Source: Chrysomallon squamiferum | Taxonomy: Eukaryota > Animalia > Mollusca | Reading direction: 5' to 3' | Length of the DNA: 64,000 nucleotides | Assembly: GCA_012295275.1 (NCBI GenBank) | Contig: CM022669.1 | Coordinates: 5,766,001 to 5,830,000, forward strand | Shown: piece by piece, positions 1 through 46,403 of the stretch | How positions within the stretch are numbered: the stretch's first letter is position 1 | Layout of the letters: each line of letters opens with the position of its first letter | Made by a program: the position numbers and the translations under genes | The notes under the pieces: generated by a model | The model's input: the letters and a program-made list of their open reading frames with translations, nothing else | Database searches by the model: none | What the model was told of the DNA's origin: nothing

Positions 1-1169
1 GTCTGATCAAATCCTCTTTAGTAAATAACTTAATTAATTATCACAAACACACACAAAAAAATCTTACTAAAATAATCAATACAACTTTGTCAGATTTTTC
101 ACAAAAATACTTGATAAAAAAAACATGATAAGAAAAACTAAATAACGTTCAAGGATTAGTTTGGATTTCGTGTGTTCTGGTAGTAGATTTAGTTTGTAGA
201 AGGTAATCAGGCATCATTACTGTTAAGAGAACAATAATAAACATTTAAAAAAACAACAAAAAAAAACAACAAAAAAAACAACAAAAAAACAAGCAAAAAA
301 AAAACAATATGAGTAATATATTGGTTTTTTCCCTGCTCTGCAATGACAGATCTTTTCATCAAAAATATATGGGTCACATGAGACACAGTGCATGAATCAG
401 TGCATTGTAGACACCCTCCCCATTTCAGTTTCCTCCAGTATTCAATCTCCCCCCACCAGCAGGTGCTGGACTTTACGTTGTTATGAAAATGATAGTCATA
501 AATGAAGTCTGAAAAGAGAACAACAACAAATTGCTTGAATGCCAGTTGATACAGGTTTTTGTTTAATTTTATTTTACTGTTGCTAGGGTTAGTTGTGAAA
601 TGGAAAACAAGTTAAAACAGAGAGTTATGTTGTGTATTGTTGTTATTGTTAAACAGAAAGAGGATGTGAACAGTTCTAATTTTATTGTTTATATTACTGC
701 TTCTTCATTTTTCTTTATTAGAACTTTCAAATTTACAATCAGAGCATATGTTTATAATTTTCAAGTTTAAGAAGCAGTTCACATCATACATAGATAAATA
801 TACATATACATTAACACCCACTGACTGAGATATACACACACACATATACACACACAATACACACACATACACAGACATATACAAAACAGAAAATATTTTG
901 ACACAGTTAAAACAGACACAACATTGTTTTGTACAATCAAAACCTGCAATGCTGAAACAGAAAAAAAAAGAAAGAAAAAAGTCCGCCTCAGGACAGTTGT
1001 TAATTACAGCCCTTGTCATACGATTATCAGTCAGTTATTCTACAGACAGCATTTCACCTTAGCTAAAACTTTATTCTTATTTTTTTTTTATTTTTTTTAA
1101 ATGATGTCAGTTGATTGACTGGTAGCTGATTATCTGTTGCTATTTCACGCTCGCTTGCTCTCAGTCGAG

Positions 1170-1310
1170 ATGTTAGCAGAGCCAGGCCAGTCATTCACTA
1201 AGCATTGTCTGAATGCGAGGGAGTCTCGCAGTGTTAATATGTACGAAACACAAACACAACAAAGTTCATCAGCACCTGCAGACTTTCCTACCTGTCTATG
1301 CGACCAGCAG
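1170..1310 (+). CDS. Candidate alternative first (or cassette) exon of the RhoGEF, MLAEPGQ...MYETQTQQSSSAPADFPTCLCDQQ
   Basis: In-frame ATGs at 1170 and 1239; donor CAG|GTAACA at 1311 is phase 0, matching exon 4816; local CpG enrichment; TCAGTC at 1161. Confidence 0.45.
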
Positions 1311-1472
1311 GTAACAGAGAAGCAGGTAACCATCCGACTGACACCTTCGTTGTCAGATTCTTTTAAATGTTTAAATTTTTCTCTTACGTTATCGATTGTA
1401 AAATGTAGGTTACTGTATGATCGAGTAGGTTTTGAAATGTTGTTTTGAAATAGGCAGAGAGAGGCATGTGTT

Positions 1473-1568
1473 TGTGAGAGGCTCTCTCTGTGTCTGTGGT
1501 TGTGAGAGTCTCTCTCTGTGTCTGTGTGTGTGTGAGTCTCTCTCTGTGTCTGTGTGTGTGAGAGAGAG
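1473..1568. repeat. 28-bp tandem repeat x3
   Basis: tgtgagagtctctctctgtgtctgtgtg units at 1473, 1501, 1529. Confidence 0.85.
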
Positions 1569-2869
1569 TTTAATAATTGTGTGTTTCATTTGATCATTAA
1601 TAAATAACTGAAATACTTGAGAGATTTTATAATAACACAGTCAAATAGCAGTAGAAGAGTTTTCTTATGGAGGGCCTCTATTGTTTGATCATAGTACTGT
1701 TGATTCTGTTTAATCTGAATATAGTTTAATTATACATGGATAATCAAAGAGTTAATGGGACTTTTTGTTTTTGTTTTTTTGTTTAATCATGATGAGAGTC
1801 ATACATACAGAAACCTAATTTACTTTATATCATGTCCAGCCTACAGATCTGTATTATTTGATTCATTATTCATTGTACAACTATTCTGTTACTCACTGTA
1901 TTATATACACACACTCAGAGTTTACACTGTCTGTTTCACCAGTGTGAGTGTTATATTAGAGTTATTTGATGAGTGAACTAACCAGATTACTTGTTCTGTG
2001 TTTTACTGTGTGCTGGCCATGTGCTGTAATGTATCCCCAGCTATCTTGTTGTGTGTGTCACTACTTGCTCCATTGACAGCTTTATTTCTCGCTTATCACA
2101 GACACTGTGTATGTAACTGCTGGCCACTTGACTATGTATGATTCATCGTGTAAATTCCCCAGAGGAAAAAAAACTACCGGTTATAGCCCACATACATCAG
2201 TGTTATTTATAGTGAATGGTATTGTACGTTTTTGTGTTGTCTCTTTGTTGGAATTTTTGGTTATTTCTAAAAGATATTTGTGATAACAGTGTTTTCATAA
2301 AACTCTTGTCAGTTTGTGTTATATTGTGATGTGTATTACTTGTGTATGTTCTTGTTTAAACACTGTGATATGTTGGTAACCAGGTTTCTCAAACTCAGTT
2401 TTTGTCTGTTGATGTCTGTGAAAGTAACTGTGTTTGTAGGGTAAGTGTCTGTGTAATAGTGTTAGTATACATGGGTTTATGTATCTGTATGTCTGTCTAT
2501 CTATGTATCTATCTATTTATCTATCTATCTACATGTCTGTATCTCAGTCTGGCTATCTTTCTATCTATATCTCTTTCTCTTTTTTCTACACACATTCACA
2601 CATATGTATACACAAGAGTACATGAGTGTGTATGTGTGTGCATTATTATAATTCTCTTATCTACATTTAGTATCATATGTTAAGTACATTTTCACTTTAC
2701 CTATATTGTTCAGACTTTATTACTGGTATTCAGCTCTGTATTTTTCTTTTTTATAACTGCTATGTAAATGTCATTACAACACAGACAGTTTGATCTAACA
2801 ACATTTAGTTAATTTTCATAATTTTATGACTGAATTCATATTTCAAATACTGCAGCCAAAATCAATGTA

Positions 2870-3450
2870 TGGATTATGATCAAGTCTGACCTAAAATGGT
2901 GACTAAATGATTATATTAAAGAGGTGATTTAAGATGATGATGAAATGATTATACAGAAGCAGTGACACAGGATGATAATCAAATGATTATATATAAGGTG
3001 TAGCCCAGGATGTTGACCAGATGATTATAGAAGGAATGATCTAGCATGATGAAATAATTATATACAGGTCTTGACCACAGGATGATGGATGATAAGATGA
3101 TTGGAAAGAAAAAGTGAACTAAGATGATGATGAAATGATCGTGAATATTCTGAAAAAGTGATTTTGGATGATGATACACATTTTTTTATATATATATAGA
3201 AGCAGTTAATCGTGATTTTGATACAGAAATACTGACTCATGATGATATTCAGATGATCATTTAAAATCAGTGAACTAGGATAGTTGATACAGAAGCAGTA
3301 AATGGAAGACCGGATGAATATTGAAAAGCAGATACTTGGAATTACTTTTCAATAATTACATATGAGCAGTAATTCAGAACTATGATGACATGATTAGTCA
3401 GAAACGTTTACTCAAAATGATAAGGAAATAATTATGTAAATGCGGATGAC
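2870..3450. repeat. Degenerate ~40-bp minisatellite
   Basis: Recurrent gatgatgaaatgat..tacagaagcagtga units. Confidence 0.6.
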
Positions 3451-3454
3451 CCAG

Positions 3455-3855
3455 TTTATTATTCACGGGAACATATAAAATCAGACATATAAATGAATAT
3501 ATTGTTATGATACAGATTTCTGATTGTTTTTATTAACTTCTAGATAATAATTAAATTTATGCAAATGGCATTGGTTATTATTCAGAGGAACATATAAAAT
3601 CAGACATCTAGATGAATATATAAAAGTGATGATACAGATTTCTGGTTGTGTGTATCCACTGCTAGATGATAAATATATGAAAAAAATAGGTTATTATTCA
3701 GAGGAATAGGTTATTATTCAGAGGTTGTGTGTATCCACTGCTAGATGTAAATATATGAAAAAAAAACCTAGGTTATTATTCAGAGGAATGTAATATAGCA
3801 GACACCTAGATGAGTATATATAAAAGTGATGATACAGATTTCTGGTCGTGTGTAC
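3455..3855. repeat. ~117-bp tandem repeat, about 3.5 copies with internal rearrangement
   Basis: ttattattcagaggaa..atcagacat..atgaatatat..tgatacagatttctg recurring near 3457, 3574 and 3773, plus partial copies. Confidence 0.85.
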
Positions 3856-4473
3856 AGGTGTCAGCAGAGAGTGTATCTGAGTGTGTAAACTTGATAAGCT
3901 AATATGTCTGTTTTAACACTGGCATCTGCAGCTGCTCTTTGCTCAAATATTTCCAGCACAAACACACACTGATACATCCACTGTTACAGCTGAATTCTAA
4001 AAATATTTAGGATTATTTTCTCAAAATTAGGGCTTGTACAATGTCATTATGTGTTAACACTTTATAAATGTAGTGTTTGTGTTCATATACACATAAGTAT
4101 CCCTGTATTTGAGCATGAAGGATGGTCGGTTTTCATTCTAGATTTTGTTTTAAAAGATTTTGCATACTCTATCCATTTTATTTATTTATTTATTTAAATT
4201 GTTTATTAATATTGTGTATGTGTATATGTTTATATATATATATATGCTAAATTTCAGTGTCATATGTGTGGTTAATTATAATAGTTATTATTTTTGCTAT
4301 ATTTTATTTTTAATTATTCTCTTCATAATAATTATTTTTATTTATCTATTTTTTTTAAATAATTTTTATGTTTTCTGCAACATGTTTCATAGTGTTTATC
4401 TTCACCCTGTTTTATTTTGATAGTTATTTTCTTCTTCATTATATTTTTAATATCTGTTTTATCATTATTATTA

Positions 4474-4742
4474 CATGTTGAGGATTCCTTATCCAAAACT
4501 TTGAAATCCAAAACTTCTTCCAAGCAGCATAAATAGTGGTATCTTACAGTTTTCAGACTGTTTTCCATACACAAATTTTATTTTATGCAGAAAATTATTA
4601 AAAATATTACATAAAAAAAACCTGCAGTCAGCTTGTATAAGCAGTGTAAGAAATATAAGTGGAATTCACATTTAGACTTAGATCCTGTTTTCAGACTATC
4701 AGTTTAAGTCCCAAGTATTTTGGAAAAAGGATTCTCAGACTG
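4474..4742. mobile_element. Tc1/mariner-pogo (Tigger-like) MITE, degenerate
   Basis: Left catgttgaggattccttatccaaaactttg versus right-end reverse complement cagtctgagaatcctttttccaaaatacttg; TA on both flanks; resembles Tigger4/MER46-type TIRs as recalled. Confidence 0.65.
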
Positions 4743-4815
4743 TATTATTACTGGTTATTATTTTTCTCTCAGATATATATATATTTTTTTTAGTGTTTAA
4801 TTCAATATTTTTCAG

Positions 4816-37313
<32,498 letters not shown>

Positions 37314-38978
37314 ATTATATGGTTTGTATTTTGGACGAATTTGTTTTCAAATTGTTGTAATATGAATTGTGCAGCTGTATACATTTTTGAAACAGATAAG
37401 AATTGTACTTGTTACTTTACCTTGTTTTATAATTTTGTAGAACTGCACTAGACATTACTTGATAGCTGTGATAGTATGATAGTAAATGGATAATTTTGTG
37501 TTAGTTAATACAGTCTTTGCAATACATGAATTTCTAGATAAAACTATCTAAATTGTCCATCATTATTCAAAACTGCTAGTTCATATCATCATTATCTTAA
37601 TTATAAACAATGGCTCATTTATATGTATTATTTATAAATGAAATAACAAATATTTAATAATACAATTGTTGTGCATTTATGATTTAATCTTTCAGAGGTG
37701 AAGAACTATAACTTTAACCTCACCAGCAGTTCCAGCCCAGACTTGAAGATTAGTACACTTGTTAGAAGAATTAGGACTGGGTGGGTTTTTGTTTTTTTTC
37801 CACTGATTAACAACAAGAAAATAATTCAGGATGGTGGATGGTGACTGCTATATTTATAAGAGATACTTGCTGGAGGAACAGAACTGAAGGAGTTTATTGT
37901 TTATGGCTGGGTTGCTTTGTAACTGCATTTCACTGAAAAACTGTATGACATGAACAGAGTTGATGCAGAATTGACAGCAGGAATTGGAATCAGAAACTAA
38001 TTAATTAGAAACATGGTAATCTGGGGAGGTTTTCCTGCAAAGAGTACAAGTAATGGAGAAGCTTGTATTCCAAAGAATCTGAAGAGAGTGAACCAAATTA
38101 ATACAGAATATGATTATGAAGAACAGCCATCATGAATGGAGAATTAACTCAAAATATAATCTGGAGATACTCAAGTGATCTTACTGAATACTCCAGTGCT
38201 GGACATCATTTTGGAAATACTGACAGAACTTTAGCGAATAGAATAAAAACATCATCTTGTGAGCTACTGAATAATACGAATAGACCAGAATTAGAACATC
38301 ATTTGTGACTGCTGGATGGACTTTATCAACAGAATGGAATTAAAAATGGATGTTACTCAATGAATATTGAAGAAAATCAAAACAATAATGTTATAGATAA
38401 TGAATGCCTTTTCGTGTACAGAGTAGAAATACTATAAAACAGAACATCATCATCTTGTATTATGAATTATATTTGTGAATAGGATTAAATCAAAACCTAA
38501 TTTTTTTTTGTGGGCAAAATAGAAATACTAAAATCTAGATTATTTTGAATCCTTGCTTTGATAGAATTAGAAGAAAAGAAAAATTTTAAAACGGTTTTAT
38601 CTCTCAGGATGTTGTCAGGTAACAACTGTTGGTAGAGACCAGGACAAAACCTTTGCATATATTTGTGACTTGTATAAGTGGAGAGAATTATAACAGAACA
38701 CCATCGTTCTTGCATCAAGACAGTTAGTAAACATGCCATCTTTGCACTATACATGATATTTTCTATGTTTAAAATAGATATTGTTATTTGATTTAGCAGA
38801 GAAAGAAGCATTTGTCATCTTTTTATGAAATGTGATTCTGTCCTTGGATTCTGTGCCATGGATCTTGATCAGTGGGTATTCAGCAAGTTTATATTATTGA
38901 CAATGGAATTTTTATATAGAGTGGGAATTTTAATATGGGGCATCTTTATACTTCTGTGCTGGACTTAAATTGTAATAC

Positions 38979-39330
38979 GAGTAGAACATTGTTTCTACTC
39001 ATACACTGGACTTTAATAGTAGAACATTCTACTCATACACTGGACTTTGATAGTAGAACATTGTTTCTACTCATACACTGGACTTTGATAGTAGAACATT
39101 GTTTCTACTAATAAACTGGACTTTGATAGTAGAACATTGTTTCTACTCATACACTGGACTTTAATATAAGTAGAACAAGTTTCTACTTGCATACTGGATT
39201 AATTATAATATCAGTAGAAGATAAATTCTACTTATACATTGGACTAAAACGTGAGTGAAATATTATTTCTGTTTGTGCAAGGACATTAATTATGATGTTA
39301 GGAGAACATTGTTTCTACTTCACAATGGAC
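38979..39330. repeat. 38-bp hairpin-containing minisatellite, about 9 units, in the predicted 3'UTR
   Basis: agtagaacattgtttctactcatacactggactttgat units. Confidence 0.92.
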
Positions 39331-41074
39331 ATTACAACCAGAACTGTGGATTTTACAGTTTAGTAAAGTCTTGGAACATTTGAGACTGAGTATCAGTGTG
39401 AGTTTTTAAAATGACTTTCAGAGAACTTTTATAAAACAACAAAGAAAACTGGAGTAACAGAACTTATAACAACATATTTGTTAATGGCATTACTATATAT
39501 TTATAGATAGTTGCATTATACATAAATATATATATATATGCATACTACACATATATATAATTTATTACACATGTATCAAATGAACACATACACCCACATG
39601 CTAAGGGGTATTATTTTAATGTAGTCTACTTTTTTTCTTTTTTACAGAAATGTTTTTTTTCATATTACATTTCATACTTCTGATCTCAGTGCATTATGAA
39701 AAAAAAGAAAAACAGAAAAACAAATTGTAATCATTTTTTGTTTTATTTTTTTAAATATTATTATTAACTTATAATCTTTAAATGGAATCTGTGTTTATGA
39801 TATTTTCATGTTGAATTACTGTAAATTAATTAACTGATGCTAATTAATGACAAAGATACTGTGGTGATACCAGAAAAGGTTGTTTCACTTATTACAATAC
39901 ACAGTACCTGCAAATATAACATGAAGTGTGTTCTTTAATAAATTTACAGTATTAGGCCAACTAGCAAATTCACAGTCTGTATCTGTATACTCTATAAGAA
40001 TGAATCTTTAAACACATTCAATATATGTTATTTTATGTTATAAATTTATAGGTTTTGGCTCAGTTTAAATTCTGAGATTTAAAATTATATAATAACAAGA
40101 CAAAGAGCCTAATGTGTATATTTTATATACTTCAAAGTGACTGTAATATTTTGGGTAGCAACATTTACTAATAATTAAGTATAATTTTTAATAAGTCCTT
40201 TCATTTTTATTTTACAAATATATATATGTTTAAATGATGAAAAAGAAAGAAGAAATGAGTAATAAATATATTTTACCTTGTTTGCTAATAACGAAGATGA
40301 CAAAAGAAAGAAAATACAAATGATTCTAATAAAGAGTTTGTATGAAAAAAATAAAATAAAATAATAACTTGAAAGTATAAAAATGTGCTTAAGCTCTATG
40401 TTTATACTATCAGATACACTTCAAGAACAAAAAGACAAAACAAAAAAACCACAAACAAACAAGCAAATAAAAGCATCATTTAAAAGTTTACATTTGTACA
40501 ACTTGAAAATATTTTAACATGAGAAGCATTTAAGAGTGATCTGAGATTTGATAAGCAGCTGATTCAGTATTTTTCCTTTCTAGTCTATTTTTACTGTTAT
40601 TATTATTATTATCATTAATCCTGTATATTAAATGTTTTTTTTTTTATAAACCGCAATTAAAGCAAAAAGATAAGTTCTTATTCTTTAATTCATTTAATTA
40701 CAGTTAAATTTTTTTTTTTTTTTTTTTTTGAACACACATTTTCACAATAAACAGCAATAATGGGTTTTCTCGTAATTTATTTTAACATAGTTTTGTCAAT
40801 ATTAGTCCTTATTTTGTGTGCAATATTTTATGCAACTTTTTAAAATATATATTGTCACATGTAAACTTTTTTTTTTCTTAAATTACATATTTAATGGGAA
40901 GAAGTGGTATTTAGGTTGCGTGGTTGAACATTACTAAATATGTGTATTTATTTTGTGACTAATTAAAGGGGGAAAAAAACAAGTTTTCATTTTGTACAAA
41001 GTATAACTATAAGGAATGTGAGTGATATAATCCTGGTTCTTGTACTAGTACATCTCTTTACTGGAAACTACGAA

Positions 41075-41350
41075 CATCTGTCCCAGATTTAAACAAATAT
41101 GATATCAGTATGCACAGAATGGATATTTCATACAAGTCCAGATGGTTATAACAACTTTATATCAGTATATACAGAGAAAAATTTGATATTGGTCCAAATG
41201 GATATCAGAAGTTTGTATTGGTATATACGAAATAAAATAATTCTATGACAGTCCAGATTCATATAAAATTTTATATCAATATATATTAAAAAGGTAATTT
41301 TTTATTGGGATATACTGGAACAAAATTTTATATCTGTATGTACTGATATA
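41075..41350. repeat. Degenerate ~57-bp tandem repeat, about 5 copies
   Basis: cca(g/a)at..tatatcagtatatac recurring at ~41083, 41138, 41194, 41253. Confidence 0.6.
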
Positions 41351-43120
41351 ATTTTTGAAATTGTCTCATTAGGAGATAGAATTTGTACATTATGATGGAG
41401 TGACATTAATCATTTTGAGTAAAAATAACAATTACAGTAATAACCTAGAATTTTGATTTGACTGATTTCTGAGTGAAAAGAAATGAACTGGTACTGTTAA
41501 AGACTTTTGGAAATCTGTGTTTCATTCATTAGTATTTATAAAAATTTGTCACCTAATGAATCTTATTTTTAAATCAGAAACTGTAAATTGATATCTGAAT
41601 ATTAAGAAAAGAAACCTACTTATGGCCATTTTAATCCAAAATTTTTAAACATATACTTTGTAACAACACTGGAAGACAGATTTGAAATTTTTATACATGG
41701 TCACTGAAACAGAAAATTTCAAAACCTATTTATGGTCATTGTAACAGATATTTCAAATCTGTATGTGGTTAATGACACAGAAAAATCTGAAATACATGTT
41801 GTCACTGTATAACATGAATAAAAAAATGTTTGAAACCTGTGTATAATGATACACACATTATTGGGCTGGCTATTTTAAAAAAAAAAAAAAAAACATAATA
41901 TCAAAATGTTCCTATTCCTTGGACAGTACATTCCTATATTTTTCTATTAGAGAAATTTGTTTATTTTTTCACATTTCTGCCTGGCATGATGAAACTTTTG
42001 ATGTTTGAATAAACAGTAAACTGTTAAATGTATTTTATTGATCATAATTTTCATCCGTCTTATTTCATTTCAAATTTTTATTTTTTTATTTTTTTGAAAT
42101 GTTTGTTTTCTTGTTTGAGTAACTAACTCCATACTTTGGGCTTAGGTGTGTGTCTAATAGATTTTGGTTTAAAAGTGAAATGATTCATGGAAAGTGTGTT
42201 AGAGATATTGTTTGTTTTTTTTCTTCTTTTTTTTTTTGAATGTAGTAATTTGTGGAAAATGTTGTCAAGATGAAAAAACCAGCAAATGTGATGTAGTTAT
42301 TAACGTGTCTTGTGAAAAACAGTTTGTTGAATGGAGAAATCTGATAAAGTTATTTACCAATTTGGTAAAAGTGATACTGTTATATATATAAACATTTTAT
42401 TAAAATGCAAAGTAACTAAATAAACACATTTTTATCATTACACACACCATGTACCTGTTTTTGTATCTGATGCTGTCCATGGAGAATATAGCAATAATGT
42501 ATACAAGTAAGACCATTTTCATAAGTGTTTGCTTCTGTAATTAAAAAGGAATGTAGAGTTTATACTTTGTTGTAATTATGATATTTTGTCAAGATGAGAT
42601 TTAATGTTTTTAATTTTTTTAATTTTTTTTTTTTTTTAATTGAAATCCATTCATTTTGGTGTTGGAATTTGTAATTAGTTCTTTAGATTGAACTACTTCC
42701 ATTTTCAGACAGTGATCTAATTTCACTTTCAGTTTTGGTATGTTTTGTGAACTTTTAATTCCATTTTGTTTTTTCTTCGTAGTTTTGAACGGATTATTGT
42801 GAGAAAACTTCACTAGGCCATTAATTTACAAATGCTAATCTGAAAATTCTATGAAACTCTACTATTAATGAGAATTTTTCTTTATGTAGATTGTAACTTT
42901 TATTTGTCTTTTCTTATTATTTTTGGTAATTGTTTTGTTGTTTTTTTTGTTGTTTTTTTTTTATCCTGGATATATAATTAATTAATAGTTTTGTGTGTAT
43001 TTGCCATTAACACCTCATACTACAAGACAGCAATGAATATAATTAATTTTTCAAAATATATTGTCACAAGGGCCTGTGTGTGCTATCAATTATTTTTTTA
43101 TTTTATAATTCATATTATTA

Positions 43121-43188
<68 letters not shown>

Positions 43189-43657
43189 GATTTTACAGAT
43201 AACCATTTCATAAGTTTGAGAATTTTTATTTTTATTAGTTTAATATTGTCATGGCAATACAATGGTGCTTGTTCACAGATTTACTTGTTACATAACTTCA
43301 GAGAGAAGTTTTCTTAGTTACTTGTTTATTTTTTCGACTCACTTCTCATATCTGAAAGTGAATTAACATTTGTTTTGTGTAGTTGTTTCTCATAAATTTT
43401 TACATTTTTTAAAACGTTTCGAGCTCTTTTCTGTTACAATTCATAACATTTGTTTGTTCGTGTTTTCCTGTACATTTCTTCTTTTTTTATATATACAAAT
43501 TATAATAATTTTTTTTAAAAATTAAAAAAAAAAAAAATTAAAAATGTTTATAATCATTAGGGGTGGATTCTCTTATTACTATTATTGTTAAAATTATATA
43601 ATTTCCTATAACGTTATAAAGTTGCTCCTGATAAATATTTATGTATAATCCATTTGT

Positions 43658-43663
43658 AATAAA
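43658..43663 (+). terminator. Candidate distal polyadenylation signal AATAAA
   Basis: TGTA elements just upstream, downstream gtggtcttcttgtttgtt, coincides with the CpG transition. Confidence 0.5.
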
Positions 43664-44893
43664 ATGGTTAATTTTTCTTAGTGGTCTTCTTGTTTGTTAT
43701 TTTAAAATTTATTTTTAAAATTTATTTATTTGTTTGTTTATTTATTAAACCACTAGAATAACTCCAGCTTGTTAAACATTTAAATAGTATACGAGTTTTA
43801 TGAACGAAGACAAAAAAAACACTTTTTAAAAAAAAAATACGATCACAAAATGTAGATAAAATATGGTGCTATTCCATTGTCTATATTATCGTAAAAAATA
43901 ATAATATAGCAGTAGTAATATTAATATTAATAGTACTAGTAGCGGTAGTTTTAGAAGTAGTAATAGTAATAGCAGCAAAAGTCCACTGGCATCACTACAT
44001 GCTTGTGATCCAATTTTTATTAAGCAAGTATTTTTTAATTTAATTTTGAGACGTCGTTTACAAGTGAATTAAATTTCAAGAAACGGTCATTATCACATTA
44101 ATAATAATAATAATAATAACGAAGACCGTTGATTCAGCATTTATACATTTATTTTAATGTGAGAAAAAAAAAAAAAAAGAGAAAGAAATAAGGGAGGAAG
44201 GGTCACAGCACGATTAACATATTAACTTCCTGCAGATGATATTACGTAAAAATTATCCGCCTCAATCTGAAATAAAACTTAAATTTTTATCGTCTGCTAT
44301 GTCGTCTGTTGTCCTCGCTTTATAAACATTTGGTGTGCGCTCTCGAGACGTGAAATGTCAAAAAGTGTGATCTCTGATTACGTTCAAAGAAGAGGAATGG
44401 GGGAATGTCAACAGATAGGTGAACTCTGTCGTAACATTTAGCCGATAAAAGAATTGTTTAAATTCTTACACATAACACTCCACCGACTGCACAGAATACC
44501 GCTACCTCCATATGTTGGCCAGTTAGTTCGTCGATGCCAAATAAATATGTTTTTCAAAATATGTAAGTTAAAACAAAAATGGAAAACTTCAGTTATCGAA
44601 GTAGATTCAATAACCGATGGTGAAGGTAAAGAAAAAGAAGGAAAGAAAAGAAGAAAACGAAAACATCGATGATGATAATCAGTCGACTTTAAAAAATGGT
44701 GATGTTTGTTTTATTACGTATCTTACATTAGCTTACGATGCATTAAAACTGTATTGAGATATTTAATACGAAATTATTTTCAATGATCAAAACAGGGTTG
44801 GTTAAAATATCGTTAACAAAAGAAGAAAACAGTACTATTACATGAAATTTCAAAAAATAAGGTTGCTTCTTCACATACAATTCAATGAAATAT

Positions 44894-44975
44894 TAAGATA
44901 TTTCTGTATATTTAAACACATGCATGTGAGCATATAAGATATTTCTGTATATTTAAACACATGCATGTGAGCATA
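44894..44975. repeat. Perfect 41-bp tandem duplication
   Basis: taagatatttctgtatatttaaacacatgcatgtgagcata x2. Confidence 0.95.
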
Positions 44976-45241
44976 TGTTGTACACGTTACTTGCCAGTTT
45001 TAAGCCAGTAGAATCTTGTATCCAAAGATATATATATATATATTTTTTTTTAATTTGAGAATTCCCGGACCCACCTATAGCTTGTCGAAGAACCGGATGT
45101 TCATTATTTTATACACTGATAATTTGAAGATTTTCATTTCCTTTCAGTAGTAAATTGTTTGGAATTAGAAATGTAGATGTCAGTTTGTTAATTTGTATTG
45201 TAGACACAGTCATTATTTTCACATCCAAAAGCACGCGCTTG

Positions 45242-45291
<50 letters not shown>

Positions 45292-45854
45292 TTGGTTGTT
45301 TATTTTATTTTATGAAGTACGATCAATATATTAGTCACAAATCATTCGTGTCCTCTCCCTTAATTCATTTACGAAATTACAATTCAAAACATACCTTGAT
45401 ATGAATACTTTAATAATTTTTGTATGATGTAATTATAAATTATTACGTACTAAGATCTGTTCATTTTTTAATAAATAAATAGAATTAAATAAAAATAATT
45501 GTCGTTTTATCTCTTTTTTTTCCCCCTTTGTTTTTTTTTAATTTTTATTTCCTGCCGGAAAGTTAATTGAATAGAAATTACAACAACGTGACACTGACTC
45601 ATAAATGTCAATATTGCTGGTGGCATTTGATTATCAGACGAAGTCTCACAGCCCCCTCTACAAGGTCAATTGGCGTCTAGACAAGAGGAAAGAACTCTGA
45701 TGTCATCACTGGTGATGCTTCGTCTAGACAGGGTTCGTATACTGTGACATAAAAAAAAGTTTAATTATTATTTTTTTTAATACAGAATAAGTATCTCTCT
45801 GTCTCTGTCTATATATCTGTCTGTCTATCTGTCTATTTATTTATCTTACTATTT

Positions 45855-45897
<43 letters not shown>

Positions 45898-46334
45898 TCA
45901 AGATTATATGTGTGTGTGTTTCTATGCATGTACATATGTGTACGAATCAGAAACCGCGATGAAAAAGTGCAGTTACTTTTTACAACACTTTCTCTACCAT
46001 TACTCAATGAGAAACAAACCACAACTAGCGCATGTTGTAATTCAATTATCCAGTCAGCTGTCTCACTCGAGAGTTTAACTTTTAACATAAAAAACAGCGG
46101 ATTGAAACTTGGTGGCTGCAGTTCTCACTTTCTGAATATTCACTATGCCATTTCCAGTTTATCCAGCGATTTATCAATAGTCGTATTTTGTAGTAATGTG
46201 CATGTAAAAGATTTCTTGACGGTTATTGATTTTACCATGTAGTAGCGGGCTTCCTGTCTCACATTTTACTGTTACACAACATTTTTATTTTGTTTTTCCA
46301 AATTGTATATTGCATTTTTCACAATCACTATTTA

Positions 46335-46403
<69 letters not shown>

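Larger units (their letters stand above)
37314..43685 (+). other. Predicted long 3'UTR of the RhoGEF (~6.3 kb)
   Basis: No further exons seen; CpG depletion continues to ~43.7 kb; ends at AATAAA with downstream GU-rich tract. Earlier AATAAA sites exist, so the end is inferred. Confidence 0.5.

Noticed and set aside
38979-39330. CRISPR-like array (hairpin repeat containing TTTCTACT and GTAGA, reminiscent of Cas12a repeats)
   Set aside because: The sequences between hairpins are near-identical rather than unique spacers, there are no cas genes, and the context is a eukaryotic 3'UTR
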